A stretch of DNA of 64,000 nucleotides, taken from assembly GCA_021202335.1 (NCBI GenBank), contig JAJQDE010000061.1, positions 70,533-134,532 on the forward strand, written 5' to 3'. The DNA comes from Lachnospiraceae bacterium. GTDB taxonomy: Bacteria; Bacillota; Clostridia; Lachnospirales; Lachnospiraceae. The notes below the pieces were generated by a model. The model saw only the letters and a list, made by a program, of their open reading frames with translations, made no database searches and was not told the DNA's origin. The position numbers and the translations under genes are program-made. This document shows positions 1 through 8,626 of the stretch, piece after piece (positions within the stretch are counted from its first letter, which is position 1; each line of letters opens with the position of its first letter).

Positions 1-2
1 AT

Positions 3-113
3 CTTTTCATATGGCTGGGATTTTACTGGTATCAGCCGTTTGCGGCGCGAGCCGGATATGAAGGGTACCTTTGGGAAGCAAAAAAGCTGATAAATAATGG
101 AGGTCGGACATGA
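3..113 (+). CDS. 3' end of an upstream, probably membrane, protein (partial)
   Basis: Frame 3 is open from the window edge (LFIWLGFYWYQPFAARAGYEGYLWEAKKLINNGGRT*). Its TGA at 111-113 overlaps the next ATG (ATGA coupling). Confidence 0.45.
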   Translation, partial: LFIWLGFYWYQPFAARAGYEGYLWEAKKLINNGGRT

Positions 114-934
114 AGCTTGTGAGTGTGATAGTCCTTGCGTACAATTCCGCAGATACAATAGTGCAGACGCTGGACAGTATAAAAGACCAAAGCTATAAAA
201 ATATAGAGCTGATTGTCACGGACGACTGCTCGCCCGACGATACGGTGGAAACGGTAAAGGGCTGGATTGGGCGAAACGAGGGCGCACTGACAAAAATAAG
301 GCTGGTAACGGCGGAGGAAAACACGGGTATTCCCGGGAATATCAATCGCGCGCTGAAGCATGCCGCCGGGGATTACGTAAAGCTGATAGCAGCAGACGAT
401 TACATGACAAGGGACGCGATATCCGAGTATGTGCGCTTCTGTGAGAAAAATCCGGATGCGATTCCCATTGCGAGGGTGCGCCTGTTTTCAGATGAAAAGC
501 TTGATAAAAACACGCTTGCGCCGATAGAAGCATACTGTAACAGGTGTTACGAATTTGCAGCGATAACGGATTACAAGCAGCAATATCACATGTTATTAAA
601 ACAAAACTGCATCGTGGCGCCTTCAGGCTCCTTCTATCCTATGAAGGTGATAAGAGAGCTTGGCGGCTATGATGAGCGTTATCGATGGTTTGAGGATTAC
701 CCGATGCATCTCAAGGTGATGCGCGCGGGGTACCGCTGCGGTTTTATCAACCGCGAGCTTGTCTGCTACAGAATATCGGGCGGCTCAATTACCGCATCCT
801 CCCGGCTTCGCCTGAAAAAGGCGGAGATGAAGCTGTTTTTCCATGAGAGAATGTACTATATGATACAGGCTGGAATGGCGTGGGAGGCAGTTAAGCAGGT
901 AAGGTATTGGGTGAAGATTGCGTTAAAGACGTAA
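110..934 (+). CDS. GT2 family glycosyltransferase
   Basis: N-terminal VSVIVLAYN, TDDCSPD, ENTGIPGNIN and the DxD-region IAADD are typical of the GT-A fold. GGAGG SD upstream. Confidence 0.9.
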   Translation: MKLVSVIVLAYNSADTIVQTLDSIKDQSYKNIELIVTDDCSPDDTVETVKGWIGRNEGALTKIRLVTAEENTGIPGNINRALKHAAGDYVKLIAADDYMTRDAISEYVRFCEKNPDAIPIARVRLFSDEKLDKNTLAPIEAYCNRCYEFAAITDYKQQYHMLLKQNCIVAPSGSFYPMKVIRELGGYDERYRWFEDYPMHLKVMRAGYRCGFINRELVCYRISGGSITASSRLRLKKAEMKLFFHERMYYMIQAGMAWEAVKQVRYWVKIALKT

Positions 935-940
935 TGCCGA

Positions 941-2533
941 ATGGAGATTAAAATGCACAAAAGATTTTTACGCTTTGCCTTTATAGTCGGTTCCTTTATA
1001 TGCTTTTTGTGCCTTACGTACCGTGCCGGCGGGGGACACAGGCAAAGGCTCTTTTCATATTTTGCTGATGAAGCAGAGTTTGACAGCCTGCTTGAAGAGC
1101 GCAGCGAAACCAATCGGGATTTTGTTAATTCAATCAGCGTTGACGGACAGATGTTAGTGAAGGACATTGATACGGATACCTTTTATTATTCCATCAATGA
1201 AACCGGCACATCCGCATATAATCCGATTGTTGAGCCGGATTTGACCGACAGGAATGCAAGGCTTGCAGTCAAAAAAAAATACATAACAAATGATTTTATT
1301 GAAACGAATGATACGATTGAGCTTATCGTGTATACGGATAATGTATATAAGCGCTATTATCTGAAAGCAACGCTTCTGCCGATTATGGAAATAAGCTGCC
1401 CCAGGGCGGATTCGGAAGCTGATGTGCCGATGCGCATGCGGCTTTACGATAACCGCGCCAATGTGGGGTACCGTGTGAGCGACTCCGAGGGGAGTATGCA
1501 TATCAGGGGCGGAACCTCCATAAACTATCCGAAAAAGGGCTGGAAGCTGTCGCTTAAAAATCCGGAGCGCATGTCGCTTTTGGGTATGCGCAGCGACGAC
1601 GATTGGATATTGTATGCGGCGTATAACGACCAGGAGAGAATACGAAACGTGTTTTCGACAAAGCTTTGGAAAGAGGGCTGCGCGTCAAATAACAGATTCG
1701 GTATTGACAATGGAGTGGAGTACAAATATGTTGAGCTTTTCCTGAACGGCAGCTATTACGGGCTGTATGCGTTGGGATATCCTGTGGACGACGATGTTTT
1801 GGACATAGCGGACGGGGAATATACCTACAAAAAGAAGTATTGGGACTGGGAGGCGGCGGAAGACTTTTCAAAGCCGGGCGCTATGGCAGGGTATGAGCTT
1901 GAGTCAAGGCGTGAAAATGATATAAGCGCGTGGAAGCCCCTTCGCGACTATTATGAGCTGCTGTATTCTCCGCAGCCACGGCCGGACAGCGAGCTTATAA
2001 GCGCAGTGGATATCGGAAATTCGATTGACACATACATATTCCTCAATCTGATACAGGGAGCCGACCATGTGGACAACCGCAGCATCCACAACGTCTATAT
2101 TACGGCAAAGCTTATGGCGGATGATTATATCATGCTTTATACGCCGTGGGACATGGATCAGGCGTGGGGAAATGTATGGTCTGACGACGCATTGAATTGG
2201 TGCGAGGCTTACGGGGCTGCTCCGGAGGACAACTACGTGCTCAACAGCGGAGCTGTCGCAGCGCTTGTAAACAGGGGCAACGAGGTGATGATCAACGCTG
2301 TGTCATGGCGCTATGAGGAGCTGCGCGAAGGCGCATGGTCTGATGAAAACATCAATAAGCTGATTGACGGCTACGAAACGGATATATATGAGTCCGGCGC
2401 ATATTTAAGGGATATGGAACGCTGGGGGGATGCGACAAGCCAAAATCCGGAAATCGGGCTGGAGCTGTTCAGGGAATATGTGCTTGCGCGTTTTGAATAC
2501 GCTGACGAATATTATGGAAGGAATGGAGATTAA
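941..2533 (+). CDS. CotH kinase family protein, N-terminal membrane anchor/signal
   Basis: CotH motifs IRGGTSINYPKKGWKL, DDDWILYA.YND, YVELFLNGSYYGLY, HNVYI, PWDMDQAWG. Hydrophobic N-terminus. Confidence 0.85.
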   Translation: MEIKMHKRFLRFAFIVGSFICFLCLTYRAGGGHRQRLFSYFADEAEFDSLLEERSETNRDFVNSISVDGQMLVKDIDTDTFYYSINETGTSAYNPIVEPDLTDRNARLAVKKKYITNDFIETNDTIELIVYTDNVYKRYYLKATLLPIMEISCPRADSEADVPMRMRLYDNRANVGYRVSDSEGSMHIRGGTSINYPKKGWKLSLKNPERMSLLGMRSDDDWILYAAYNDQERIRNVFSTKLWKEGCASNNRFGIDNGVEYKYVELFLNGSYYGLYALGYPVDDDVLDIADGEYTYKKKYWDWEAAEDFSKPGAMAGYELESRRENDISAWKPLRDYYELLYSPQPRPDSELISAVDIGNSIDTYIFLNLIQGADHVDNRSIHNVYITAKLMADDYIMLYTPWDMDQAWGNVWSDDALNWCEAYGAAPEDNYVLNSGAVAALVNRGNEVMINAVSWRYEELREGAWSDENINKLIDGYETDIYESGAYLRDMERWGDATSQNPEIGLELFREYVLARFEYADEYYGRNGD

Positions 2534-2534
2534 G

Positions 2535-3365
2535 ATGATTATCGCGGCAAACTACGCGGACAAAAAATTTAGAAGGGCGCAAAGGCTGAACAGCCAAACC
2601 GCAAAGCAATGGGGAGCCGACCGCGTGCTTGAGTACACGGATAAGGACATTGACCCTGAATTTCGCGCGGCAAATAAGGCGATACTCGACAATCCCAAAG
2701 GTGGCGGCTATTATCTTTGGAAGCCGTATGTGTTTTATAAGGCGTATCAGGAGCTTTCGGAGGGCGATTATCTGATTTATACGGACGCAGGCTCTGTTTA
2801 TGTCGATGAAATCCAAAAGCTTATCGACTGCATGGAGAGGGAGCAGGTCAACATAATGATTTTCTGCCTTGAGAATGAAAGATTGGAGCGCAGGCACACG
2901 AAGCGCGACGCGTTTATCCTCACAGGCTGCGATGCGCCTAGGTTTGCGGACACGCCGCAGTCAATAGGCGGGTATATGGTATGTAAAAAAAGCCGGGACG
3001 TTGAGGAATTTTTTAAGGAAGTGTTAAGGTATGCGCAGGATATACGCATAATCTCTGACAATCCTAACACGCTCGGAAAGGATAATTACCCGGATTTTGA
3101 AAGCCACCGCCATGACCAGTCGGTAATATCGCTTATTTCAAAGAAAAGGGGGATTAAAAGGTTTCGCGATCCCTCTCAATATGGTATAATTAACCATTAT
3201 CCGCCTGATGTGGAAAAGAGAAGCACATATCCGCAGATTATCGATTCGCATAGGCTGAATGTCGGCAGTATGAGGGAGCTTGCCTTTAAACAGACAAAGC
3301 CTATGACAAAGCTTCGCAAATTCAGGAAAAAGGTAGAGAACAAGCTTCGCGAGAGGAAATTGTAA
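2535..3365 (+). CDS. Putative GT-A-fold glycosyltransferase (glycan-locus hypothetical)
   Basis: Motifs GYYLWKP, IYTDAG, HRHDQS. Start moved from ORF-track 2430 to ATG 2535, which has GGAG SD and follows the cotH stop. Confidence 0.55.
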   Translation: MIIAANYADKKFRRAQRLNSQTAKQWGADRVLEYTDKDIDPEFRAANKAILDNPKGGGYYLWKPYVFYKAYQELSEGDYLIYTDAGSVYVDEIQKLIDCMEREQVNIMIFCLENERLERRHTKRDAFILTGCDAPRFADTPQSIGGYMVCKKSRDVEEFFKEVLRYAQDIRIISDNPNTLGKDNYPDFESHRHDQSVISLISKKRGIKRFRDPSQYGIINHYPPDVEKRSTYPQIIDSHRLNVGSMRELAFKQTKPMTKLRKFRKKVENKLRERKL

Positions 3366-4364
3366 ATGGATAAAAAGGAAAAATGGCTTAAATATGAGAA
3401 GCGCTGGAAATGGCGCGATATATATTTCAATAAAGCGCTGCGGCGGCACGGGATTGTAAAGTATTTCCACAGGGAGCCTGTAATGCCGCATTACGCGCAC
3501 AAGCGGGTTATGAGCCCTAAAAAAACAAACGATTACATCTATGACAGGATTATGGGGGGGAAGCCCTTTATGGCGTGCCGCTTTGGAAACACTGAGCTGC
3601 AGACCATGGTGGGAGATTTGGCGGTCAGGTACAAGGGACATTCGCCCGCAGACGACGAATATCTTGACAGATGGTTTACAAGGCTCGGCGCCGGAGCAGG
3701 CTTTTTTCCCGTGGATTACAAATATCTTCATCCGTTTACGGATTTGATGCTCGATTCCTGCAGGCAGGTGGATCTGCTTGCCATGTGGCATTTAAATATG
3801 GAGGATTTTATCATTGAGGAATTTGTTCCCCGGGCGGATTTGACCTTTCTTTTCAGGCTCGAGCCGTGGCTTTACGGCGGCCGTCCGTGGACCGCGGCAC
3901 TGGAAGGCAAAAAAGTGCTTATCATTCACCCGTTTGAGGACAGCATCAGGGCGCAGTACCCAAAGCGCAGGGAAATATGGGGAGAAAAGCCTATATTGCC
4001 CGATTTTGAGCTAAAGACGCTTAAAGCCGTGCAGACAATCTGCGGTGAGAAGGACGAACGCTTTGCGACGTGGTTTGACGCGCTGGAATATATGTACAAT
4101 GAGGCGATGAAGATAGATTTTGACGTTGCAATCATCGGCTGCGGCGCGTATGGCTTTCCGCTCGCGGCAAAGCTTAAATGCGCGGGGAAGCAGGCGATAC
4201 ATTTGGGCGGCGCGACACAGCTCATGTTTGGCATCAAGGGCTACCGCTGGGAGAACAACTATCCGTCAAAAATTGCGACCTTCTTTAATGACGCATGGAT
4301 TTACCCTAGTGCGTCGGAAACGCCGAAAAACGCGAAAACAGTGGAAAAGGGATGCTATTGGTGA
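3366..4364 (+). CDS. Conserved glycan-locus protein, GT-D/DUF1792-like fold
   Basis: RFGNTE (cf. RFGDGE), KKVLIIHPF, IIGCGAYGFPLAA, AIHLGG. Abuts the upstream stop. Confidence 0.55.
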   Translation: MDKKEKWLKYEKRWKWRDIYFNKALRRHGIVKYFHREPVMPHYAHKRVMSPKKTNDYIYDRIMGGKPFMACRFGNTELQTMVGDLAVRYKGHSPADDEYLDRWFTRLGAGAGFFPVDYKYLHPFTDLMLDSCRQVDLLAMWHLNMEDFIIEEFVPRADLTFLFRLEPWLYGGRPWTAALEGKKVLIIHPFEDSIRAQYPKRREIWGEKPILPDFELKTLKAVQTICGEKDERFATWFDALEYMYNEAMKIDFDVAIIGCGAYGFPLAAKLKCAGKQAIHLGGATQLMFGIKGYRWENNYPSKIATFFNDAWIYPSASETPKNAKTVEKGCYW

Positions 4365-5221
4365 TGAAAACGCTTGCTTATAGGATTTACAGAAAAATCA
4401 TTTATTTTTTTCGCAGAATATATGTATCGGCTGCGCCGATGCGCGGCGCGCTTACCCATGAGAAGCGTCCCGTGCGCGTTATAGTATCGCTTACGAGCTA
4501 TCCGGAACGGTTTTCGCATATCCACATTGCGCTCAAAAGCATTATGCTCCAGACCATGAAGCCCGACAAAATAATTGTATGGCTTGATGATGATGTGGAT
4601 AGGGCGCAGCTTACTCCGAGGATGCTTGCGCTTGAAAAGTACGGTATTGAATACAGAAGCATGCCAGGGGATTTCAAGCCGCACAAAAAATATTTTCATG
4701 CCATGCAGGAATTTCCCGACGATATTATAGTGACGGTGGACGACGACCAGATATATTCAAGGGATATGATAGAAACGCTGATTAAAACGCATGAGAGATA
4801 TCCCGATGCGGTGTGCGCAAGGCGTGTACACAAAATGACGAAAAATCCGGACGGCACGATAGCGCCCTACAATGAATGGCTGGGGGAATACTGCGGCTGC
4901 GATAAGCCCTCGCATGCGCTTGTGGCGACGGGAGTAGGCGGAGTGCTTTATCCGCCCCATTGCCTTTATGAGAAAGCGTTTGACACGGAGCTTATCACAC
5001 GCCTTTGCCTGAAGGCGGACGACATATGGCTTAAATTCATGGAGCTGCTTAATGGAACCCGCGTGGTATGGGCGCCTTGCAGAGTGCCAATGCCCTGCCT
5101 GTTGGAAAAGGAACAAGGGACAAGCCTGAGAAGCGAAAATGTGGGGCGCAACAGGAATGATGCGTACTTTTCAATGGTGCGGGATTATTTTAACGTGCAG
5201 GCGGACGCCTTTGAAATTTAG
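4364..5221 (+). CDS. GT-A glycosyltransferase
   Basis: VSLTSYPERF, PHKKY, VTVDDDQIY, GVGGVLYPP, ADDIW. TGATG coupling to the previous gene. Confidence 0.75.
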   Translation: MKTLAYRIYRKIIYFFRRIYVSAAPMRGALTHEKRPVRVIVSLTSYPERFSHIHIALKSIMLQTMKPDKIIVWLDDDVDRAQLTPRMLALEKYGIEYRSMPGDFKPHKKYFHAMQEFPDDIIVTVDDDQIYSRDMIETLIKTHERYPDAVCARRVHKMTKNPDGTIAPYNEWLGEYCGCDKPSHALVATGVGGVLYPPHCLYEKAFDTELITRLCLKADDIWLKFMELLNGTRVVWAPCRVPMPCLLEKEQGTSLRSENVGRNRNDAYFSMVRDYFNVQADAFEI

Positions 5222-5259
5222 GTGTGACAATGCTGTAATGAAAGGAGTATAACGATAAA

Positions 5260-6036
5260 ATGCAGGAAATGTTAGTGTCCGTGATTACCCCGTGCTATAA
5301 CAGCGGCAGTACCATAGAAAAAAACCTGGAGTGTATCGAAAACCAGACCTACAAAAATTTGGAATATATTATCATCGACGGCGGCTCCACGGACGGCACA
5401 CTCGAAATCATAGAGCGGCACAGGAGCAGACTCCCGGAGAATTTAAAGCTTGTGTCGGAGAAGGACAAAGGCATTTATGACGCCATGAACAAGGGAGTGC
5501 GGCTTGCGGGAGGGAAGCTTATCGGCATCGTAAACAGCGACGACTGGTATGAGGACGATACGGTCGGGCTGGCGGTTTCAAATTATCAGGGAAATAAGTA
5601 CGAGGTTGTCTATGGTATGCAGCGCAATATATTAAACGGCAGGGCGAAAACTACCTTTATACATTACCATGATTTTCTGACAGAGCAGATGATAACGCAT
5701 CCCACCTGCTTTGTGACTGCGGACACATACAGGGATTTGGGGCTTTTTGATACTAAGTACCGTTCGGCGGCGGATTACGATCTGATGCTGCGCTTTTACG
5801 AGAGCGGTAAGGTAGTGTTTACGCCTGTGATGAGGGTGATGTCAAATTTCAGGCTTGGCGGGATGTCAGGCAGCCAGACGGGAGTGCGGGAAAATGCCGC
5901 AATCCGATACCGGCATGGCTGCATGAGCAGGAGAAGATACCGGTTCGTGGTGGCAAAAAGCCGGCTCTACGAATGGACGCATAAAAAACGCCATGGTGTG
6001 CCGGCTTGCTCCATTAGTCACTCCCTGCGGTCATGA
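5260..6036 (+). CDS. GT2 family glycosyltransferase (WcaE-like)
   Basis: VSVITPCYN, IIDGGSTDGT, GIYDAMNKG, VNSDD, ADYDL, GGMS. Confidence 0.9.
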   Translation: MQEMLVSVITPCYNSGSTIEKNLECIENQTYKNLEYIIIDGGSTDGTLEIIERHRSRLPENLKLVSEKDKGIYDAMNKGVRLAGGKLIGIVNSDDWYEDDTVGLAVSNYQGNKYEVVYGMQRNILNGRAKTTFIHYHDFLTEQMITHPTCFVTADTYRDLGLFDTKYRSAADYDLMLRFYESGKVVFTPVMRVMSNFRLGGMSGSQTGVRENAAIRYRHGCMSRRRYRFVVAKSRLYEWTHKKRHGVPACSISHSLRS

Positions 6037-6053
6037 CATGGAGGCGAAATATG
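6014..6053. repeat. Dispersed ~40 bp element containing SD and start codon (copy 1)
   Basis: ttagtcactccctgcggtcatgacatggaggcgaaatatg is near-identical to 16007-16045. Confidence 0.65.
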
Positions 6054-7178
6054 AAGCTTGCCTATATATCCTTAAACACGGAAAACAAAAATTTGAGTAA
6101 ATATTACAACTCACAGGCGGAGGGGCTTGCGCGTGATCTCGCAAAAGGAGGGCATGAGGTAACGGTTTATCATCCCATACCTGACCTTGAGGCTGACAAG
6201 GAGTGCGTATGGAAGGGCGCCGTAAAAATCGAATATATTAAGTGCGGGCACATAGGAAAGCATGCCATAATAGACCTTTCCATGCTTGATGCGGATAAGG
6301 ACTGCTATATCACGGCATCGGACAATTATCTTTTTTTTGGCAGGCTTTACAGATGGTGTCGGAGGAACAATATCCTCTGTCTGCCATATATCGGAGTGGC
6401 TCACAGCAATAATTCTTCAAAGATAAAGAGAAAAATTGTTGACATTTTATGTAATAATGTTAAATATTATAAGAGAATACCTACTGTCGTAAAAACTCCC
6501 GCTTTGGAACAAAGCCTTAGGGCTGAGGGAGCTTCAACGCTGTTCTGTGTGCCGGTAGGCTTGGACGAGGAGCTTTTAAAGCAGGATTATCATAAGTATG
6601 ACGCTGAAGTCTTAAAGAAAAAATGGGATTATGGAAATACTGACAGGGTAATCCTTTTTGTGGGACGCATGACAGCCGAGAAGCAGCCCTTAAAAATGAT
6701 GGAAATTTTTCAAAAAATGCTTGAGCACGACGGCAATTACAGGCTTTTGATGGTAGGCAGCGGCGAGCTTTTGGAGAATGTAAGGAGTAAAACAGCCGCA
6801 TATGGGCTTGAACATGCGGTAAGGATTTGCGAGAGAGTGCAAAACGACCGCATGTGGGAGCTTTACCGCATGTCGGAATGCTATATTAATTTAAACACGC
6901 ATGAGATATTCGGCATGGCGATTTTGGAGGCAATGTACTATGAATGTACGGTAATTGCGCTTAGGGCGCCCGGTCCTGAGCTTATCATAGAAAACGGTAT
7001 ATCAGGATATCTGTGCGACAGCGGTGACGAGCTGATACAAAGGGTGCTGACTGCGGACATGGCAGAGCCGGCAAAGACGGCGCATAGGCAGGTCGTGCAG
7101 CGCTTTTTGTGGGAAAGCCGGGCAAAGAGGCTTGAGAATATTATCTGCGATGTTTTGGGCGCGGCTCAATCGCGGTAA
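6051..7178 (+). CDS. GT4 (GT-B) glycosyltransferase
   Basis: ILFVGRM..EKQ, EIFGMAILEAM (E-x7-E), IIENGISGYL. Start set at ATG 6051 behind GGAGG. Confidence 0.88.
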   Translation: MKLAYISLNTENKNLSKYYNSQAEGLARDLAKGGHEVTVYHPIPDLEADKECVWKGAVKIEYIKCGHIGKHAIIDLSMLDADKDCYITASDNYLFFGRLYRWCRRNNILCLPYIGVAHSNNSSKIKRKIVDILCNNVKYYKRIPTVVKTPALEQSLRAEGASTLFCVPVGLDEELLKQDYHKYDAEVLKKKWDYGNTDRVILFVGRMTAEKQPLKMMEIFQKMLEHDGNYRLLMVGSGELLENVRSKTAAYGLEHAVRICERVQNDRMWELYRMSECYINLNTHEIFGMAILEAMYYECTVIALRAPGPELIIENGISGYLCDSGDELIQRVLTADMAEPAKTAHRQVVQRFLWESRAKRLENIICDVLGAAQSR

Positions 7179-7189
7179 AGGAGTCGGAT

Positions 7190-7903
7190 TTGAATAAAAA
7201 CACATTAAGGGTTTACCGCCATGAGGTGAAATTCCTGCTTTCGATGACGGAATATGAGCAGCTAAAGCGGCTTTTAGGCTCGCTTCTTATAAAAGACGTG
7301 AATATGAAGCGAAGCGGAGATTATTATATACGCTCGCTGTATTTTGACACTCCCGAAAACAGCGATTACCATGATAAGCTGATAGGAGCTGCGCAAAGGA
7401 AAAAGATAAGGCTCAGGATATATGACACGGCAGCCGACCGGGTAAAGCTGGAAATCAAAAACAAGAATGGGGACTATTCCATAAAGGAAACCACGACGAT
7501 AAGCCGTGAAGCCGCAATCCTGCTTTCGGGCGGAAATTACGGTGCGCTTGACGGATATGGCGACGATATATCAGGGAAAGCGTATGTTATGCTGTCCTCC
7601 TATGCATATATGCCGAAGGTGCTCGTGGATTATGAAAGGGAGGCATATCTTCTTCCGGTTGAAAATGTCAGGCTTACCTTTGATAAGAGAGTGCGCGCAT
7701 GTTCCGCACGCGGATGCCGGGCGGGAGCCGGGCTTTTCGACGGCAGCAGCGCGTTTGTGGGAGTGCTTGAGCCGGGATATATGATTCTTGAGGTAAAGTA
7801 CGACAGGTATCTCCCGGCATATGTGAAAAACGTGCTTTCAAGCATAAATATGCAGCGGATGTCAATCAGCAAATACTGTATGGCGCGGGAAACCGTGGGA
7901 TAA
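7190..7903 (+). CDS. VTC (polyphosphate polymerase, CYTH-like) domain protein
   Basis: RHEVKF, YYIRSLYFDT, RKKIRLRIY, KLEIK, DYEREAY, RLTFD, ILEVKYD, SISKYC. TTG start with AAGGAG SD. Confidence 0.88.
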   Translation: MNKNTLRVYRHEVKFLLSMTEYEQLKRLLGSLLIKDVNMKRSGDYYIRSLYFDTPENSDYHDKLIGAAQRKKIRLRIYDTAADRVKLEIKNKNGDYSIKETTTISREAAILLSGGNYGALDGYGDDISGKAYVMLSSYAYMPKVLVDYEREAYLLPVENVRLTFDKRVRACSARGCRAGAGLFDGSSAFVGVLEPGYMILEVKYDRYLPAYVKNVLSSINMQRMSISKYCMARETVG

Positions 7904-7957
7904 AAAACAAGCTTTGTCGGTTCTGCAAATTTGAGTAATAATGGAGGATTATGGCGG

Positions 7958-8626
7958 ATGAGCAAGAAGGAAATTTTTAAGTATCTGATTGAGTCAAATT
8001 CAAGCATCTCAGTATATCAGGTGGTGTTTGCGATGCTGGCGGCGCTTGTGCTGGGGCTGTTTATGTATTTTATGTATCGGAAAACCTATTCAGGGGTCGC
8101 ATATTCCAAGAGCTTTAACCAGACATTGGTGCTTTTGGCAGTGATTGTTACGATGGTCATGACAATTATAGGGGGAAGCCTTGCGCTTTCGCTCGGCATG
8201 GTAGGCTCTTTGTCCGTAATCCGTTTCCGCACCGCCATAAAGGAGCCTAAGGACATGGCATTCCTTTTTTGGGCGATTGCGATAGGGCTTTCCTGCGGCG
8301 CTGAAATGTATGTGGTGGCTGTAGTCGGAAGCGCTGTCATAGCAATACTGCTCCTGTTTTTCAGGAAGGACGCGTATGATGGAAACACATATCTTATTGC
8401 GGTGCGGGGAAATGCGCTTGACAGCGGCGCGATAGAAAAGCTTATCGGTGAAAACACAAGAAGCTGGAAGCTTCGCATGCGCAGCTCCACAGGGGAGTAT
8501 GACGAAATCACCTATGAGGCGGGATTGAAGAAAAGTAATGCTTCGGAGCTTGCAAGGGCATTGAGGGAAATTGATGGGACAGACGCGGTGAATGTGGTGA
8601 CATATACGGGAGAAGTCATAGGCTGA
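7958..8626 (+). CDS. DUF4956 family membrane protein
   Basis: About four TM helices with LALSLGMVGSLSVIRFRTAIKEPKDMAFLFW, plus a soluble ACT-like C-terminus. ATG 7958 behind GGAGG. Confidence 0.88.
   Translation: MSKKEIFKYLIESNSSISVYQVVFAMLAALVLGLFMYFMYRKTYSGVAYSKSFNQTLVLLAVIVTMVMTIIGGSLALSLGMVGSLSVIRFRTAIKEPKDMAFLFWAIAIGLSCGAEMYVVAVVGSAVIAILLLFFRKDAYDGNTYLIAVRGNALDSGAIEKLIGENTRSWKLRMRSSTGEYDEITYEAGLKKSNASELARALREIDGTDAVNVVTYTGEVIG

Noticed and set aside
1271-1279. A9 run in cotH (also T8 at 6331-6338 and G7 at 3554-3560) as phase-variation tracts
   Set aside because: The genes are intact, and A/T runs and a G7 are expected by chance in Lys/Phe/Gly codons.
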